Shown here: one piece after another, positions 17,280 through 25,061 of the stretch
Position numbering within the stretch: position 1 is the first letter of the stretch
Layout of the letters: each line of letters begins with the position of its first letter
Source: Nitratidesulfovibrio vulgaris str. Hildenborough
GTDB taxonomy: Bacteria > Desulfobacterota > Desulfovibrionia > Desulfovibrionales > Desulfovibrionaceae
Length of the DNA: 32,000 nucleotides
NCBI RefSeq assembly: GCF_000195755.1
Contig: NC_002937.3
Location: 510,001 to 542,000, forward strand
Direction of reading: 5' to 3'
Translations under genes and position numbers: made by a program
Notes under the pieces: generated by a model
Database searches by the model: none
What the model was told of the DNA's origin: nothing
What the model saw: the letters and a program-made list of their open reading frames with translations, nothing else

Positions 17280-17309
17280 TTGACAGCGCGAGGCGCGGGT
17301 TCGTATGAT
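17280..17309 (+). promoter_or_regulatory. Sigma70-type promoter of the aromatic amino acid superoperon
   Basis: TTGACA (17280-17285), an 18-nt spacer, then TATGAT (17304-17309). An A/T-rich UP-like tract (CACCTTTTTCAATTTTCTAC) lies immediately upstream. The element sits in an AT-rich island of an otherwise GC-rich window. Confidence 0.55.
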
Positions 17310-17354
17310 TCACATCAGCTACAAGAAAAAGGATATTGAAAGGTCAAGGGCAAC

Positions 17355-17456
17355 ATGCTTACCATCAACGCCACGTACTTCCCCACTTCCGGTGCCAGCT
17401 ATTACTGGTACTTTTTTAGCTATGGAGAAGCCCGTGGCCTGGTGGGTCGCGCCTAG
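17355..17456 (+). CDS. Leader peptide (33 aa) rich in aromatic codons; candidate attenuation sensor for Tyr/Phe/Trp
   Basis: Too short for the ORF track. ATG 17355 to TAG 17454-17456 encodes MLTINATYFPTSGASYYWYFFSYGEARGLVGRA. Nine of 33 residues are aromatic. Codons 16-23 (17400-17423: TAT TAC TGG TAC TTT TTT AGC TAT) read YYWYFFSY. AAGGG lies 5 nt upstream of the ATG. The ORF lies between the promoter and an intrinsic terminator. Confidence 0.6.
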   Translation: MLTINATYFPTSGASYYWYFFSYGEARGLVGRA

Positions 17457-17491
17457 ACCTCATTAAAGGATCAGGTGCACCGAGACAACAG

Positions 17492-17526
17492 GGGCCGCGG
17501 GCGAAAGCCAGCGGCCCTTTTCTTGT
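17492..17526 (+). terminator. Intrinsic terminator (attenuator) in the superoperon leader
   Basis: Stem GGGCCGC (17492-17498) / GCGGCCC (17511-17517), plus an inner stem GGC/GCC closed by a GAAA tetraloop (17503-17506), followed by TTTTCTTGT. Alternative pairing: GCCCGTGGCC (17430-17439, leader codons 26-28) can pair with GGCCGCGGGC (17493-17502) over 10 bp with one G-U. That would sequester the terminator 5' arm. Confidence 0.7.
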
Positions 17527-17670
17527 ATCCGGCGTCGGAGCGCGCACTGCCGCCGGAAAGGAACGAGGGGACGCCCGAACGTTCCATCAGCAGGGGATGA
17601 CACATGCGGCGGAACCGCCAATGAACGGGCGCAGCGCGCCGCAACAATGCTTCATGACGAGGATGGCATC

Positions 17671-18471
17671 ATGCACATAGGCAAGAAGATCAGAATGGAG
17701 CGGCTCTTCAACCGCACCACAGGGCGTTCGGTCATCGTTCCTCTCGATCATGGCGTGAGCGTCGGCCCCATCGACGGACTGGTGGACATGCGTGACACGG
17801 TCAATCAGGTAGCCGAAGGCGGCGCGGATGCTGTGCTCATGCACAAGGGCCTCGTGCGTTGCGGGCACCGCGAGGGCGGCCGCGACGTGGGCCTCATCGT
17901 ACATCTCTCGGCCAGCACGTCGCTGTCGCCGTTGCCCAATGCCAAGACCCTCACCGCGACGGTCGAAGACGCCATCAAGCACGGTGCTGACGGCGTGTCG
18001 GTGCACGTCAACCTCGGTGACGAGACCGAGCGCGACATGCTCGCCGACCTCGGCCGTGTGGCCACCATCGCCAACGACTGGGGTGTGCCCCTTCTGGCCA
18101 TGATGTACGCGCGCGGCCCGCGCATCCGCGACCAGTACGACCCGCAGGTGGTGGCGCATTGCGCCCGCGTGGGTGTTGAACTGGGGGCCGATGTGGTGAA
18201 GGTGCCCTACACCGGTGATATGGATACCTTCGCCCATGTGGTGCAGTCGTGCTGCGTCCCCGTGGTCATCGCAGGCGGGCCCAAGCTCGACTCCACCCGC
18301 GACTTCCTCCAGATGGTGCATGACGCCGTCCGTGCCGGGGGTTCCGGTCTTTCGGTGGGGCGCAACATCTTCCAGCATGCCCGCCCCTCGCAACTGGTCA
18401 AGGCCGTGCGCGGCCTCGTGCATGAGGACTGGGACGTGGAACAGGCCATCGCCATCGTGGGCGAGGACTAG
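17671..18471 (+). CDS. aroA': 2-amino-3,7-dideoxy-D-threo-hept-6-ulosonate (ADH) synthase, class I aldolase of the archaeal-type DHQ pathway
   Basis: [64 protein letters not shown] matches my recollection of the MJ0400-type AroA' N-terminus (RLERIFNR...VIVPMDHGVS.GP..GL). ATG at 17671 with GAGGA 8 nt upstream; the track start 17647 is 8 codons earlier. Confidence 0.85.
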   Translation: MHIGKKIRMERLFNRTTGRSVIVPLDHGVSVGPIDGLVDMRDTVNQVAEGGADAVLMHKGLVRCGHREGGRDVGLIVHLSASTSLSPLPNAKTLTATVEDAIKHGADGVSVHVNLGDETERDMLADLGRVATIANDWGVPLLAMMYARGPRIRDQYDPQVVAHCARVGVELGADVVKVPYTGDMDTFAHVVQSCCVPVVIAGGPKLDSTRDFLQMVHDAVRAGGSGLSVGRNIFQHARPSQLVKAVRGLVHEDWDVEQAIAIVGED

Positions 18472-18479
18472 GCGTCGCC

Positions 18480-19451
18480 ATGCGTACCATCCTTTTCAAG
18501 AGCGTCCCCTTCAGCAAGGAGGCTGTGACGCTGGCCCTCGAATCGGGCGTGGACGGCATCATCGTGCCTGAGAAACATGTGGCCCCGGTGCAGGCACTGG
18601 CCCGCTGCAAGGTGCTGTGCGACGATGCCGTCTGTACCCTCGAACTCACCGCCAAGGCGGATGAGGAGGAGGCGGCAAGCCGCCTCGCCGCCGGTGAGGA
18701 CGTGGTGCTGGCACGGGGCTGGGAAATCATCCCCGTCGAGAACCTGCTGGCACGGTCGGACAGGGTGACGGTGGAGGTGGCCTCGCTGGACGAGGCACGC
18801 CTCGCTGCTGGCATCCTCGAACGTGGCGTGTCCACCGTGGTGGTGCTGCCGCAGGCCGTGACGGAACTCAAGGCCATCGTGCAGGAACTCAAACTCTCGC
18901 AAGGGCGCATCGACCTCGCCCCCGCCGTGGTCACCGCCGTGCGGCCCGTGGGCCTCGGACACCGGGTGTGCGTCGACACCATGTCGCTGCTGCGCACGGG
19001 GCAGGGCATGCTCGTGGGCAATTCCAGCGCCTTCACCTTTCTGGTCAACGCCGAGACGGAGCACAACGAATACGTTGCGGCGCGGCCCTTCCGCATCAAC
19101 GCCGGGGCCGTCCATGCCTACGCCGTGATGCCGGGCGACCGTACCACCTACCTTGAAGAACTCCGTTCCGGCAGCGAGGTGCTCATCGTGGGGGCCGATG
19201 GCGCGACGACCATCGCCACCGTGGGCAGGCTCAAGGTCGAGGTGCGCCCCATGCTGCTGGTCGAGGCGCGCGTGGGCGACACCGTGGGGGCGGTCTTCCT
19301 GCAGAATGCCGAGACCATCCGCCTTGTGCGCGCTGACGGTACGCCCGTGAGCGTGGTGGCCCTGCGCGAGGGCGACGAGGTGCTGTGCCGTACCGACGTG
19401 GCGGGACGCCACTTCGGGATGCGCATCACCGAAGACATCAGGGAGGCCTAG
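18480..19451 (+). CDS. aroB': 3-dehydroquinate synthase II (archaeal type, MJ1249 family)
   Basis: 323-aa ORF immediately after aroA'. Its length and sequence character (MRTILFKSVPFSKEAVTLALESGVDGIIV... RPFRINAGAVHAY ...) fit the DHQ synthase II family. Assignment is strengthened by adjacency to the ADH synthase gene. Confidence 0.8.
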   Translation: MRTILFKSVPFSKEAVTLALESGVDGIIVPEKHVAPVQALARCKVLCDDAVCTLELTAKADEEEAASRLAAGEDVVLARGWEIIPVENLLARSDRVTVEVASLDEARLAAGILERGVSTVVVLPQAVTELKAIVQELKLSQGRIDLAPAVVTAVRPVGLGHRVCVDTMSLLRTGQGMLVGNSSAFTFLVNAETEHNEYVAARPFRINAGAVHAYAVMPGDRTTYLEELRSGSEVLIVGADGATTIATVGRLKVEVRPMLLVEARVGDTVGAVFLQNAETIRLVRADGTPVSVVALREGDEVLCRTDVAGRHFGMRITEDIREA

Positions 19452-19453
19452 CC

Positions 19454-20629
19454 GTGAGCGCACCCGAACCCGTGAACGGCACACCGCCTGATGTGGCGCA
19501 ACGGCTACAGGCCATCCGCGTGACCATCGACGGTCTCGACCGCGACCTGCTTGCGCTGCTCAATCGACGCGCCGCACTGAGTCTTGAGGTCGGCCGCATC
19601 AAGGCCACCGACCCCGGCATCGTCTTCCGCCCCTTCCGTGAGCGCGAGGTGTTCGACAACCTCGAAGCCGCCAATGAAGGGCCGTTGCCCGACGAACACC
19701 TGCGAGCCATCTGGCGCGAGATCATCTCCTCGTCGCGCAGCCTGCAACGCCCGCAGCGTGTGGCCTACCTCGGCCCTGAAGGCACCTTCTCGTATTTCGC
19801 AGGCATGGAGTTCCTCGGCAGGGCCATGGACTACAGGCCGCAGCCCGGTCTGCCCGACGTGTTCCGCGCCGTGCACGACCGCCAGTGCGAACTGGGCATC
19901 GTGCCGCTGGAGAACTCGTTGCAGGGTACGGTGGGGCAGAGTCTCGACCTCTTCCTGCAACACGAGGTGTTCATACAGGCCGAACTCTTCTGCCGCATCA
20001 GCCACTGCCTGCTTGGCACGGCGGCGGCACTGGCGGACATCGACACCGTGTACTCGCACCCGCAGCCGCTGGCCCAGTGCGGCGGGTGGCTGCGTGCGCA
20101 CCTGCCCAACGCCCGCATCATCCCCACCGAATCCACCGCCGCGGCAGCCCGCAGGGCGGCGGGCGAGGCGGGGGCCGCCGCCATCGGTCACCGCAGCCTC
20201 GCTGACCTTCTCGGGCTCAACGTGCTGGAACGGGGTATCGAAGACCAGCCAGACAACTGGACGCGCTTCGTGGTCATCGCCCCCGCCCCTGCCGACCAGC
20301 AGGGACGCGAGAAGACCTCCATGCTCTTCTCCCTGCCAGACAAGGCAGGTGCGCTGGCTGGAGTGCTCGAACTGCTGGCCCGCGAGGGCATCAACATGAA
20401 GAAGCTCGAATCGCGTCCCTTGCGGGGCGAGAAGTGGCAGTACGTCTTCTTCGTGGACGTGGAATGCGACCTCGGCACTGAACGGTACGCCCGTCTCGTC
20501 GAAGAACTGCGCACACTGTGCCACACGTTGCGCATTCTCGGCAGCTATCCTGTGGGGCCGCATTTCGACATGGCGGCGCATGAAGCGTTGCCCGGTCTGC
20601 CCGATCAGATAGGCCAGGGAGGCCTGTGA
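19454..20629 (+). CDS. pheA: Bifunctional chorismate mutase / prephenate dehydratase (P-protein)
   Basis: GTG at 19454 (GGGAGG 7 nt upstream), 2 nt after the aroB' stop. CM domain: LQAIRVTIDGLDRDLLALLNRRAALSLEVGRIK. PDT domain: VAYLGPEGTFSY. ACT domain: TSMLFSLPDKAGALAGVLELLAREGINMKKLESRP. Confidence 0.9.
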   Translation: MSAPEPVNGTPPDVAQRLQAIRVTIDGLDRDLLALLNRRAALSLEVGRIKATDPGIVFRPFREREVFDNLEAANEGPLPDEHLRAIWREIISSSRSLQRPQRVAYLGPEGTFSYFAGMEFLGRAMDYRPQPGLPDVFRAVHDRQCELGIVPLENSLQGTVGQSLDLFLQHEVFIQAELFCRISHCLLGTAAALADIDTVYSHPQPLAQCGGWLRAHLPNARIIPTESTAAAARRAAGEAGAAAIGHRSLADLLGLNVLERGIEDQPDNWTRFVVIAPAPADQQGREKTSMLFSLPDKAGALAGVLELLAREGINMKKLESRPLRGEKWQYVFFVDVECDLGTERYARLVEELRTLCHTLRILGSYPVGPHFDMAAHEALPGLPDQIGQGGL

Positions 20630-21948
20630 TGGAACCCGTAGTCGTCACCGCACCGCCGTCCAAGTCGCTCTCGCACCGCGCTCTCATCGGGGCGGCGCTG
20701 GCAGCAGGCGAGTCGACGGTGGAACATGTGCTCGAAAGCCGCGACCTGACCTGCACCGCCGACATCCTCCGGGCGGCGGGGGCGCACATCGAACGGCGCG
20801 CCCCCGGAAGCTACCTCGTACGCGGCGTGGCGGGCACCCCGGCAGGGGGCTTCGAGGCCCCCGTATCGTGCGATGTGCACGAGTCGGGCACCACCTGCCG
20901 TCTGCTCACGGCCGTGCTGGCGGCGGGCATGGGGCGTTTCCGCATCCATGGTGCTCCGCGCATGCACGAACGGCCCATCGGGGAACTCACCGACGCGCTG
21001 GCATCACTTGGCGTGCAGATAGCCTTCGAGGCGCGCGCGGGCTTTCCGCCGCTCGTCATCGACGCTGCCGGTATGCGCGGTGGCGAGGTCTCCATCGGCA
21101 TGGACGAGTCGAGCCAGTATCTTTCCGGCCTGTTGCTTGCCGCGCCGCTGACGCAGGGCATGACCGTGAACGTGGCTGGCAAGAGCGTCGTGTCATGGCC
21201 CTATGTGGGGCTCACCCTCCAGACCCTCGAGGATTTCGGCATCGACTTCACCGTGGAGACGCGTGACGCCGTCGACGCCCCGTGGGGCGCGGTGGACTGG
21301 CGTAGCCTGCACGAGGCCGTGCCGGGGCTGGTGCGCTTCAGGGTACGTCCCGGCATGTACCGCGCAGGCAGCTACAGGGTGGAGGGCGACTGGTCGGGCG
21401 CAAGCTACTTTCTCGCCGCAGGTGCCGTGGGCCCTCGCCCTGTGCGCGTGGAGGGGCTGCGCGTCGACTCCCTGCAGGGCGACCGGGCGTTGCTCGACAT
21501 CCTCACCGCCATGGGTGCCGACATCCGCCCCGGAGAGGGGCATGTGGTGGTGCATCCCGCCCCGTTGCATGGCGTCGAGGTGGACATGGGCCACTGCCCC
21601 GACCTTGTGCCCACGGTGGCGGCGGTGGCGGCATTCGCCACGGGGCGTACTGTCGTCCGTAACGTGGCCCACCTGCGTATCAAGGAAAGCGACCGCATCG
21701 CCGCCCCGGTGGGAGAATTGCGCAGGGCGGGCGTGAACGCCGAGGAACGCGCCGACGGGCTGGTGGTGCAGGGCGGTGCCCTCGCCACTGAACCGGGTAC
21801 GCTCTTCTCCGCCCACGGCGACCATCGCATGGCCATGAGTCTTGCCCTGCTTGGGCTTGGCGGGGTGGATGTGCGCCTTGACGACCCTTCGTGTGTGAGC
21901 AAGTCGTTCCCGCATTTCTGGGAACTATGGGAGAAGGTGAGGGCATGA
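20629..21948 (+). CDS. aroA: 3-phosphoshikimate 1-carboxyvinyltransferase (EPSP synthase)
   Basis: APPSKSLSHRALIGAAL N-terminal motif, with the HGAPRMHERPIGEL and KESDRIAA motifs. ATG 20629 overlaps the pheA TGA (GTGATGG). AGGGAGG lies 6 nt upstream. Confidence 0.9.
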   Translation: MEPVVVTAPPSKSLSHRALIGAALAAGESTVEHVLESRDLTCTADILRAAGAHIERRAPGSYLVRGVAGTPAGGFEAPVSCDVHESGTTCRLLTAVLAAGMGRFRIHGAPRMHERPIGELTDALASLGVQIAFEARAGFPPLVIDAAGMRGGEVSIGMDESSQYLSGLLLAAPLTQGMTVNVAGKSVVSWPYVGLTLQTLEDFGIDFTVETRDAVDAPWGAVDWRSLHEAVPGLVRFRVRPGMYRAGSYRVEGDWSGASYFLAAGAVGPRPVRVEGLRVDSLQGDRALLDILTAMGADIRPGEGHVVVHPAPLHGVEVDMGHCPDLVPTVAAVAAFATGRTVVRNVAHLRIKESDRIAAPVGELRRAGVNAEERADGLVVQGGALATEPGTLFSAHGDHRMAMSLALLGLGGVDVRLDDPSCVSKSFPHFWELWEKVRA

Positions 21949-22721
21949 GCGCCGTGAAGATAGCCCTCGTGGGTGACAAGGGACGCATGGGGCGTCTGCT
22001 GACGTCGCGCTTCTCCGCTGCCGGGTGCGAGGTCGCCGGTGTGGACAGGCCCCTGACGCCCGACACCGTGCGCCCGGCGGTGCAGGGGGCGGATGTGGTC
22101 ATCCTGTGTGTGCCCGTGGAGGTGCTGGCAGAGGTACTCTCGATTGTCGCACCGCTGCTTTCTCCCAAACAAGTGCTTGCGGACATCACGTCAGTTAAGG
22201 TACGACCAATGGAAGTGATGCAGGCGTTTCACGCCGGGCCGGTGGTGGGAACCCATCCCCTTTTCGGCCCGGACCCGCAGGACGACCATCTGCCTGTGGC
22301 TGTGACGCCCGGTTCATCCGCCCGTGACGCGGATGTAACACTCGTGGAGCAGTGTTTTCGCATGATCGGCTGTGACACCTTCCGTACCACGGCGCAAGAG
22401 CACGACCGTGCCGCCGCCATGATACAGGGGCTGAACTTCATCTCCAGCGTCGCCTATCTCGCTACGCTGGCCCACAATGAAGAGCTTCTGCCCTTCGTCA
22501 CGCCCTCCTTCCGCCGCCGTCTCGACGCGGCCCGCAAGATGCTCACCGAAGACGCAGCCCTGTTCGAGGGCATGTTCGAAGCCAATCCTGCCAGTCAGGA
22601 CGCCGTCCGTTCGTTCCGTTCCTTCCTGAACATCGCTTCCGCCGGCGATGTCGACGTGCTCGTCGACCGCGCACGCTGGTGGTGGCGCACGCATGATGAC
22701 AGGGGAGGAGCACGCCAGTAA
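21945..22721 (+). CDS. tyrA: Prephenate dehydrogenase
   Basis: ATG 21945 overlaps the aroA stop (ATGA). Rossmann N-terminus KIALVGDKGRMGRLL, plus ADITSVK and GTHPLFGP motifs. The C-terminal tail reads ...VDRARWWWRTHDDRGGARQ. Confidence 0.85.
   Translation: MSAVKIALVGDKGRMGRLLTSRFSAAGCEVAGVDRPLTPDTVRPAVQGADVVILCVPVEVLAEVLSIVAPLLSPKQVLADITSVKVRPMEVMQAFHAGPVVGTHPLFGPDPQDDHLPVAVTPGSSARDADVTLVEQCFRMIGCDTFRTTAQEHDRAAAMIQGLNFISSVAYLATLAHNEELLPFVTPSFRRRLDAARKMLTEDAALFEGMFEANPASQDAVRSFRSFLNIASAGDVDVLVDRARWWWRTHDDRGGARQ
22677..22711 (+). promoter_or_regulatory. Candidate Trp-sensing element inside the tyrA 3' end: three tandem Trp codons plus an antiterminator 5' segment
   Basis: TGG TGG TGG at 22677-22685, in the tyrA frame and 11 codons before TAA (22719-22721). 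GGGGAGG (22702-22708) pairs with CCTCCCC (22763-69). With C22762 bulged, AGC (22709-22711) pairs with GCT (22759-22761). These partners are the 5' arm and loop of the downstream terminator. Confidence 0.5.
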
Positions 22722-22752
22722 CAGGCGTACGGCACCGTCATATCGTTGTTGC

Positions 22753-22791
22753 AGCCGCGCTCCCTCCCCGGGGGCGCGGCTTTTTCTTTTT
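22753..22791 (+). terminator. Strong intrinsic terminator between tyrA and trpE (internal operon attenuator)
   Basis: GCCGCGCTCCC (22754-22764) / GGGGGCGCGGC (22770-22780): 11-bp stem with one G-U and a 5-nt loop TCCCC, followed by TTTTTCTTTTT (22781-22791). It lies 32 nt after the tyrA stop and 62 nt before the trpE ATG. Confidence 0.75.
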
Positions 22792-22852
22792 CGCCACAAA
22801 AGGGGCAAACGCCCGGGACGGCATCCCGGAAAGGCGACACGAGGAGAACGAC

Positions 22853-24451
22853 ATGGAGATGGACGACGCGAAAAGGCCCGCAGGCGCGAAACGGCGCACG
22901 GGCGGTGAAGAGGACGCAGGTCGTGTCGCCGGTCACGCCACGACGCAGGACAATGCTCATGCGATGCCCAGCACGCAAGCCGGCACGCAAGCCGGGGGCG
23001 CAGGTGCCCATGCGGATGCGAATCCGGCTGGATGCCCGGATGGGCGCATCGTGCTGCGGCAGTCGTGCAGCCTGCTTGAGGGCGATGTGGATACGCCCAT
23101 CAGTCTGTTTCTGGGCATGGTGGGGTCGGGGCAGGGCATCCTGCTCGAGAGTGCCGAGGTGGACGGACGCTGGGGGCGTTACAGCATCATCGGCTTCAAC
23201 TTCCTTCTGCGTCTCGGCTGTGCGGCAGGGCGGCTTGAGGTGGCAGTACGCGACCCGCGTCTTGCGGCACTGAAGGAGCTGGAGGGGATGCCCTTCATCG
23301 AGGGCGTGCGTGCCGTCATGCGGCGGCTGACCATCGAACCGGACCCCGACTTCGCCAACCAGCCGCCCATCACGCGAGCCCTGTACGGGTACATGGGCTA
23401 CGGCGTGGCAGGTCTGCTCGAACCCAAACTCGCCCCGGTGCTACGGGCGGAAGCGGCAGAGGCGTGTCTTGCCCTGCCGGGCACGGTGGTGGTCTTCGAC
23501 CATCTCTACAACCGCCTGACCATGCTCTCGCTCACCGACCGCAACGGTCTGCGCATCGACCGTTCGGTGCTCGACCGTGCGCCGCAGACGCCGGAGGTGG
23601 GGCCCACCCGCGCGGTGCCCGACGAGTCAGCCTACAAGCGCGCCGTGGAGCGCACCCGCGAGATGATCCGGCAGGGCGAGGCCATACAGGTGGTGCTCTC
23701 CACGCGGTTCCAGGCGTCCTTCAATGGCGACCCCTTCACGCTGTACCGCAGACTGCGACGCATCAACCCCTCGCCCTACATGTTCTTCATGCGCCTGCCG
23801 GGTGTCTCGCTGCTGGGTTCGTCGCCGGAGGTGATGGTGCGTTGCAGCAAGGGGCGGTTGCAGGTCAGCCCCATCGCCGGAACCCGTCCGCGCGGGGTCG
23901 ATGACGTCGAAGACGCGCGCCTCGCGGCGGAATTGCTCGATGACCCCAAGGAACGCGCCGAACATGTCATGCTGGTCGACCTCGGGCGCAACGACCTCGG
24001 GCGCATCGCCGCCCCCGGTACGGTGCAGGTCGAGCGGTTCATGGAGGTGGAGAAGTTCTCGCACGTCATGCACCTCACCTCGCGGGTGACCGCAGACCTC
24101 GCAGAGGGGCACGACGCACTGGACGTGCTGACGGCCACGTTTCCGGCAGGCACGGTGAGTGGTGCCCCCAAGGTGCGCGCCATGGAAATCATCGCCGAGG
24201 CCGAAGGACAGCCGCGCGGCCCCTATGCCGGGTGCATAGGCTGGTTCGGACTCGACCGTGACAGCGTGAGTCTCGACACCGGCATCACCATCCGCAGCAT
24301 GTGGGTGCGCGAGGGGCAGGTGCACTGGCAGGCGGGGGCGGGCATCGTGTTCGACTCGAAACCCGCCGCGGAATGGAAGGAGTGCTGCAACAAGGCGGCG
24401 GCCATGCGTGCCGCACTGGATGGAGGCTGTCATGTTCCTGCTCATCGATAA
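22853..24451 (+). CDS. trpE: Anthranilate synthase component I
   Basis: GAGGAG lies 6 nt upstream of ATG 22853. Conserved core: LLESAEVDGRWGRYSIIG, SPYMFFMRL, GSSPEVMVR, IAGTRPRG, DPKERAEHVMLVDLGRNDLGR, FPAGTVSGAPKVRAMEII, RGPYAGCIGW. The first ~55 aa are a low-complexity extension, so an alternative start at M38 (22964) is possible. Confidence 0.9.
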   Translation: MEMDDAKRPAGAKRRTGGEEDAGRVAGHATTQDNAHAMPSTQAGTQAGGAGAHADANPAGCPDGRIVLRQSCSLLEGDVDTPISLFLGMVGSGQGILLESAEVDGRWGRYSIIGFNFLLRLGCAAGRLEVAVRDPRLAALKELEGMPFIEGVRAVMRRLTIEPDPDFANQPPITRALYGYMGYGVAGLLEPKLAPVLRAEAAEACLALPGTVVVFDHLYNRLTMLSLTDRNGLRIDRSVLDRAPQTPEVGPTRAVPDESAYKRAVERTREMIRQGEAIQVVLSTRFQASFNGDPFTLYRRLRRINPSPYMFFMRLPGVSLLGSSPEVMVRCSKGRLQVSPIAGTRPRGVDDVEDARLAAELLDDPKERAEHVMLVDLGRNDLGRIAAPGTVQVERFMEVEKFSHVMHLTSRVTADLAEGHDALDVLTATFPAGTVSGAPKVRAMEIIAEAEGQPRGPYAGCIGWFGLDRDSVSLDTGITIRSMWVREGQVHWQAGAGIVFDSKPAAEWKECCNKAAAMRAALDGGCHVPAHR

Positions 24452-25061
24452 CTACGACTCGTTCACCTTCAATCTGGTGCAGGCGTTCTACGGTCTGGGC
24501 CTCGCCCCGGTGGTGGTGCGCAACGACGACCCCGCCCTTGTGGCATGCGCGACACGGCCCGACCTCGACATGGTGTGCATCTCGCCGGGGCCAAGCCATC
24601 CGCGCAACGCCGGTGGGTGCCTCGCCTTTCTCGACGTGCTGCCCCGTACGGTGCCTGTCCTCGGCGTGTGCCTCGGGCATCAGGTTCTGGGATTGTACGC
24701 GGGGGCCACGGTGGAGGTGGGGCCGCGCATCATGCACGGCAAGACCTCGGACATCACCCATGACGGCGCGGGACTCTTCGCGGGACTGCCGCAGCCCATG
24801 ACGGTGGGGCGGTACCATTCGCTCATCGTGCGGGCCGAAGAGAAGCCCGACCTTCTCGAGGTGACCGCCCGTACGCCCGAAGGCGAGGTCATGGCCATGC
24901 GCTACCGCGACAGGCCGTGGGTGGGCGTACAGTTCCATCCCGAATCGGTGCTCACGCCGGACGGTGTGCGGCTTCTGGGCAATTTCCCGGCAATGACGGG
25001 CGGCAGCTGCCCCCGCATGACGCCGCATGGTGCGACCGTGCGGCAGGAGGTGACGGCATGA
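24432..25061 (+). CDS. trpG: Anthranilate synthase component II (glutamine amidotransferase)
   Basis: MFLLIDNYDSFTFNLVQ N-terminus, catalytic GVCLGHQ, and HSL..., GVQFHPES. ATG 24432 with GGAGG 4-5 nt upstream. It overlaps the trpE 3' end by 20 nt. Confidence 0.9.
   Translation: MFLLIDNYDSFTFNLVQAFYGLGLAPVVVRNDDPALVACATRPDLDMVCISPGPSHPRNAGGCLAFLDVLPRTVPVLGVCLGHQVLGLYAGATVEVGPRIMHGKTSDITHDGAGLFAGLPQPMTVGRYHSLIVRAEEKPDLLEVTARTPEGEVMAMRYRDRPWVGVQFHPESVLTPDGVRLLGNFPAMTGGSCPRMTPHGATVRQEVTA

Noticed and set aside
17317-17460. T-box riboswitch as an alternative explanation for the operon leader
   Set aside because: AGCTA...TAGCT and AAAAAG/CTTTTT could form a long Stem-I-like helix, and GGTGGGTCGCG loosely resembles the T-box core GGTGGTACCGCG. 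However, no candidate specifier codon is followed by the conserved purine, and I could not find the AG-bulge, distal-loop or K-turn motifs. The region is instead an ATG-initiated ORF with a non-random YYWYFFSY run. The leader-peptide model fits better. An Infernal scan with the T-box model would settle it.
17587-21915. Minus-strand ORFs 17587..18423, 18468..19484, 19505..20581, 21193..21915 and 21405..22172
   Set aside because: All are antisense to aroA', aroB', pheA, aroA and tyrA, which are identified by conserved motifs and by translational coupling.
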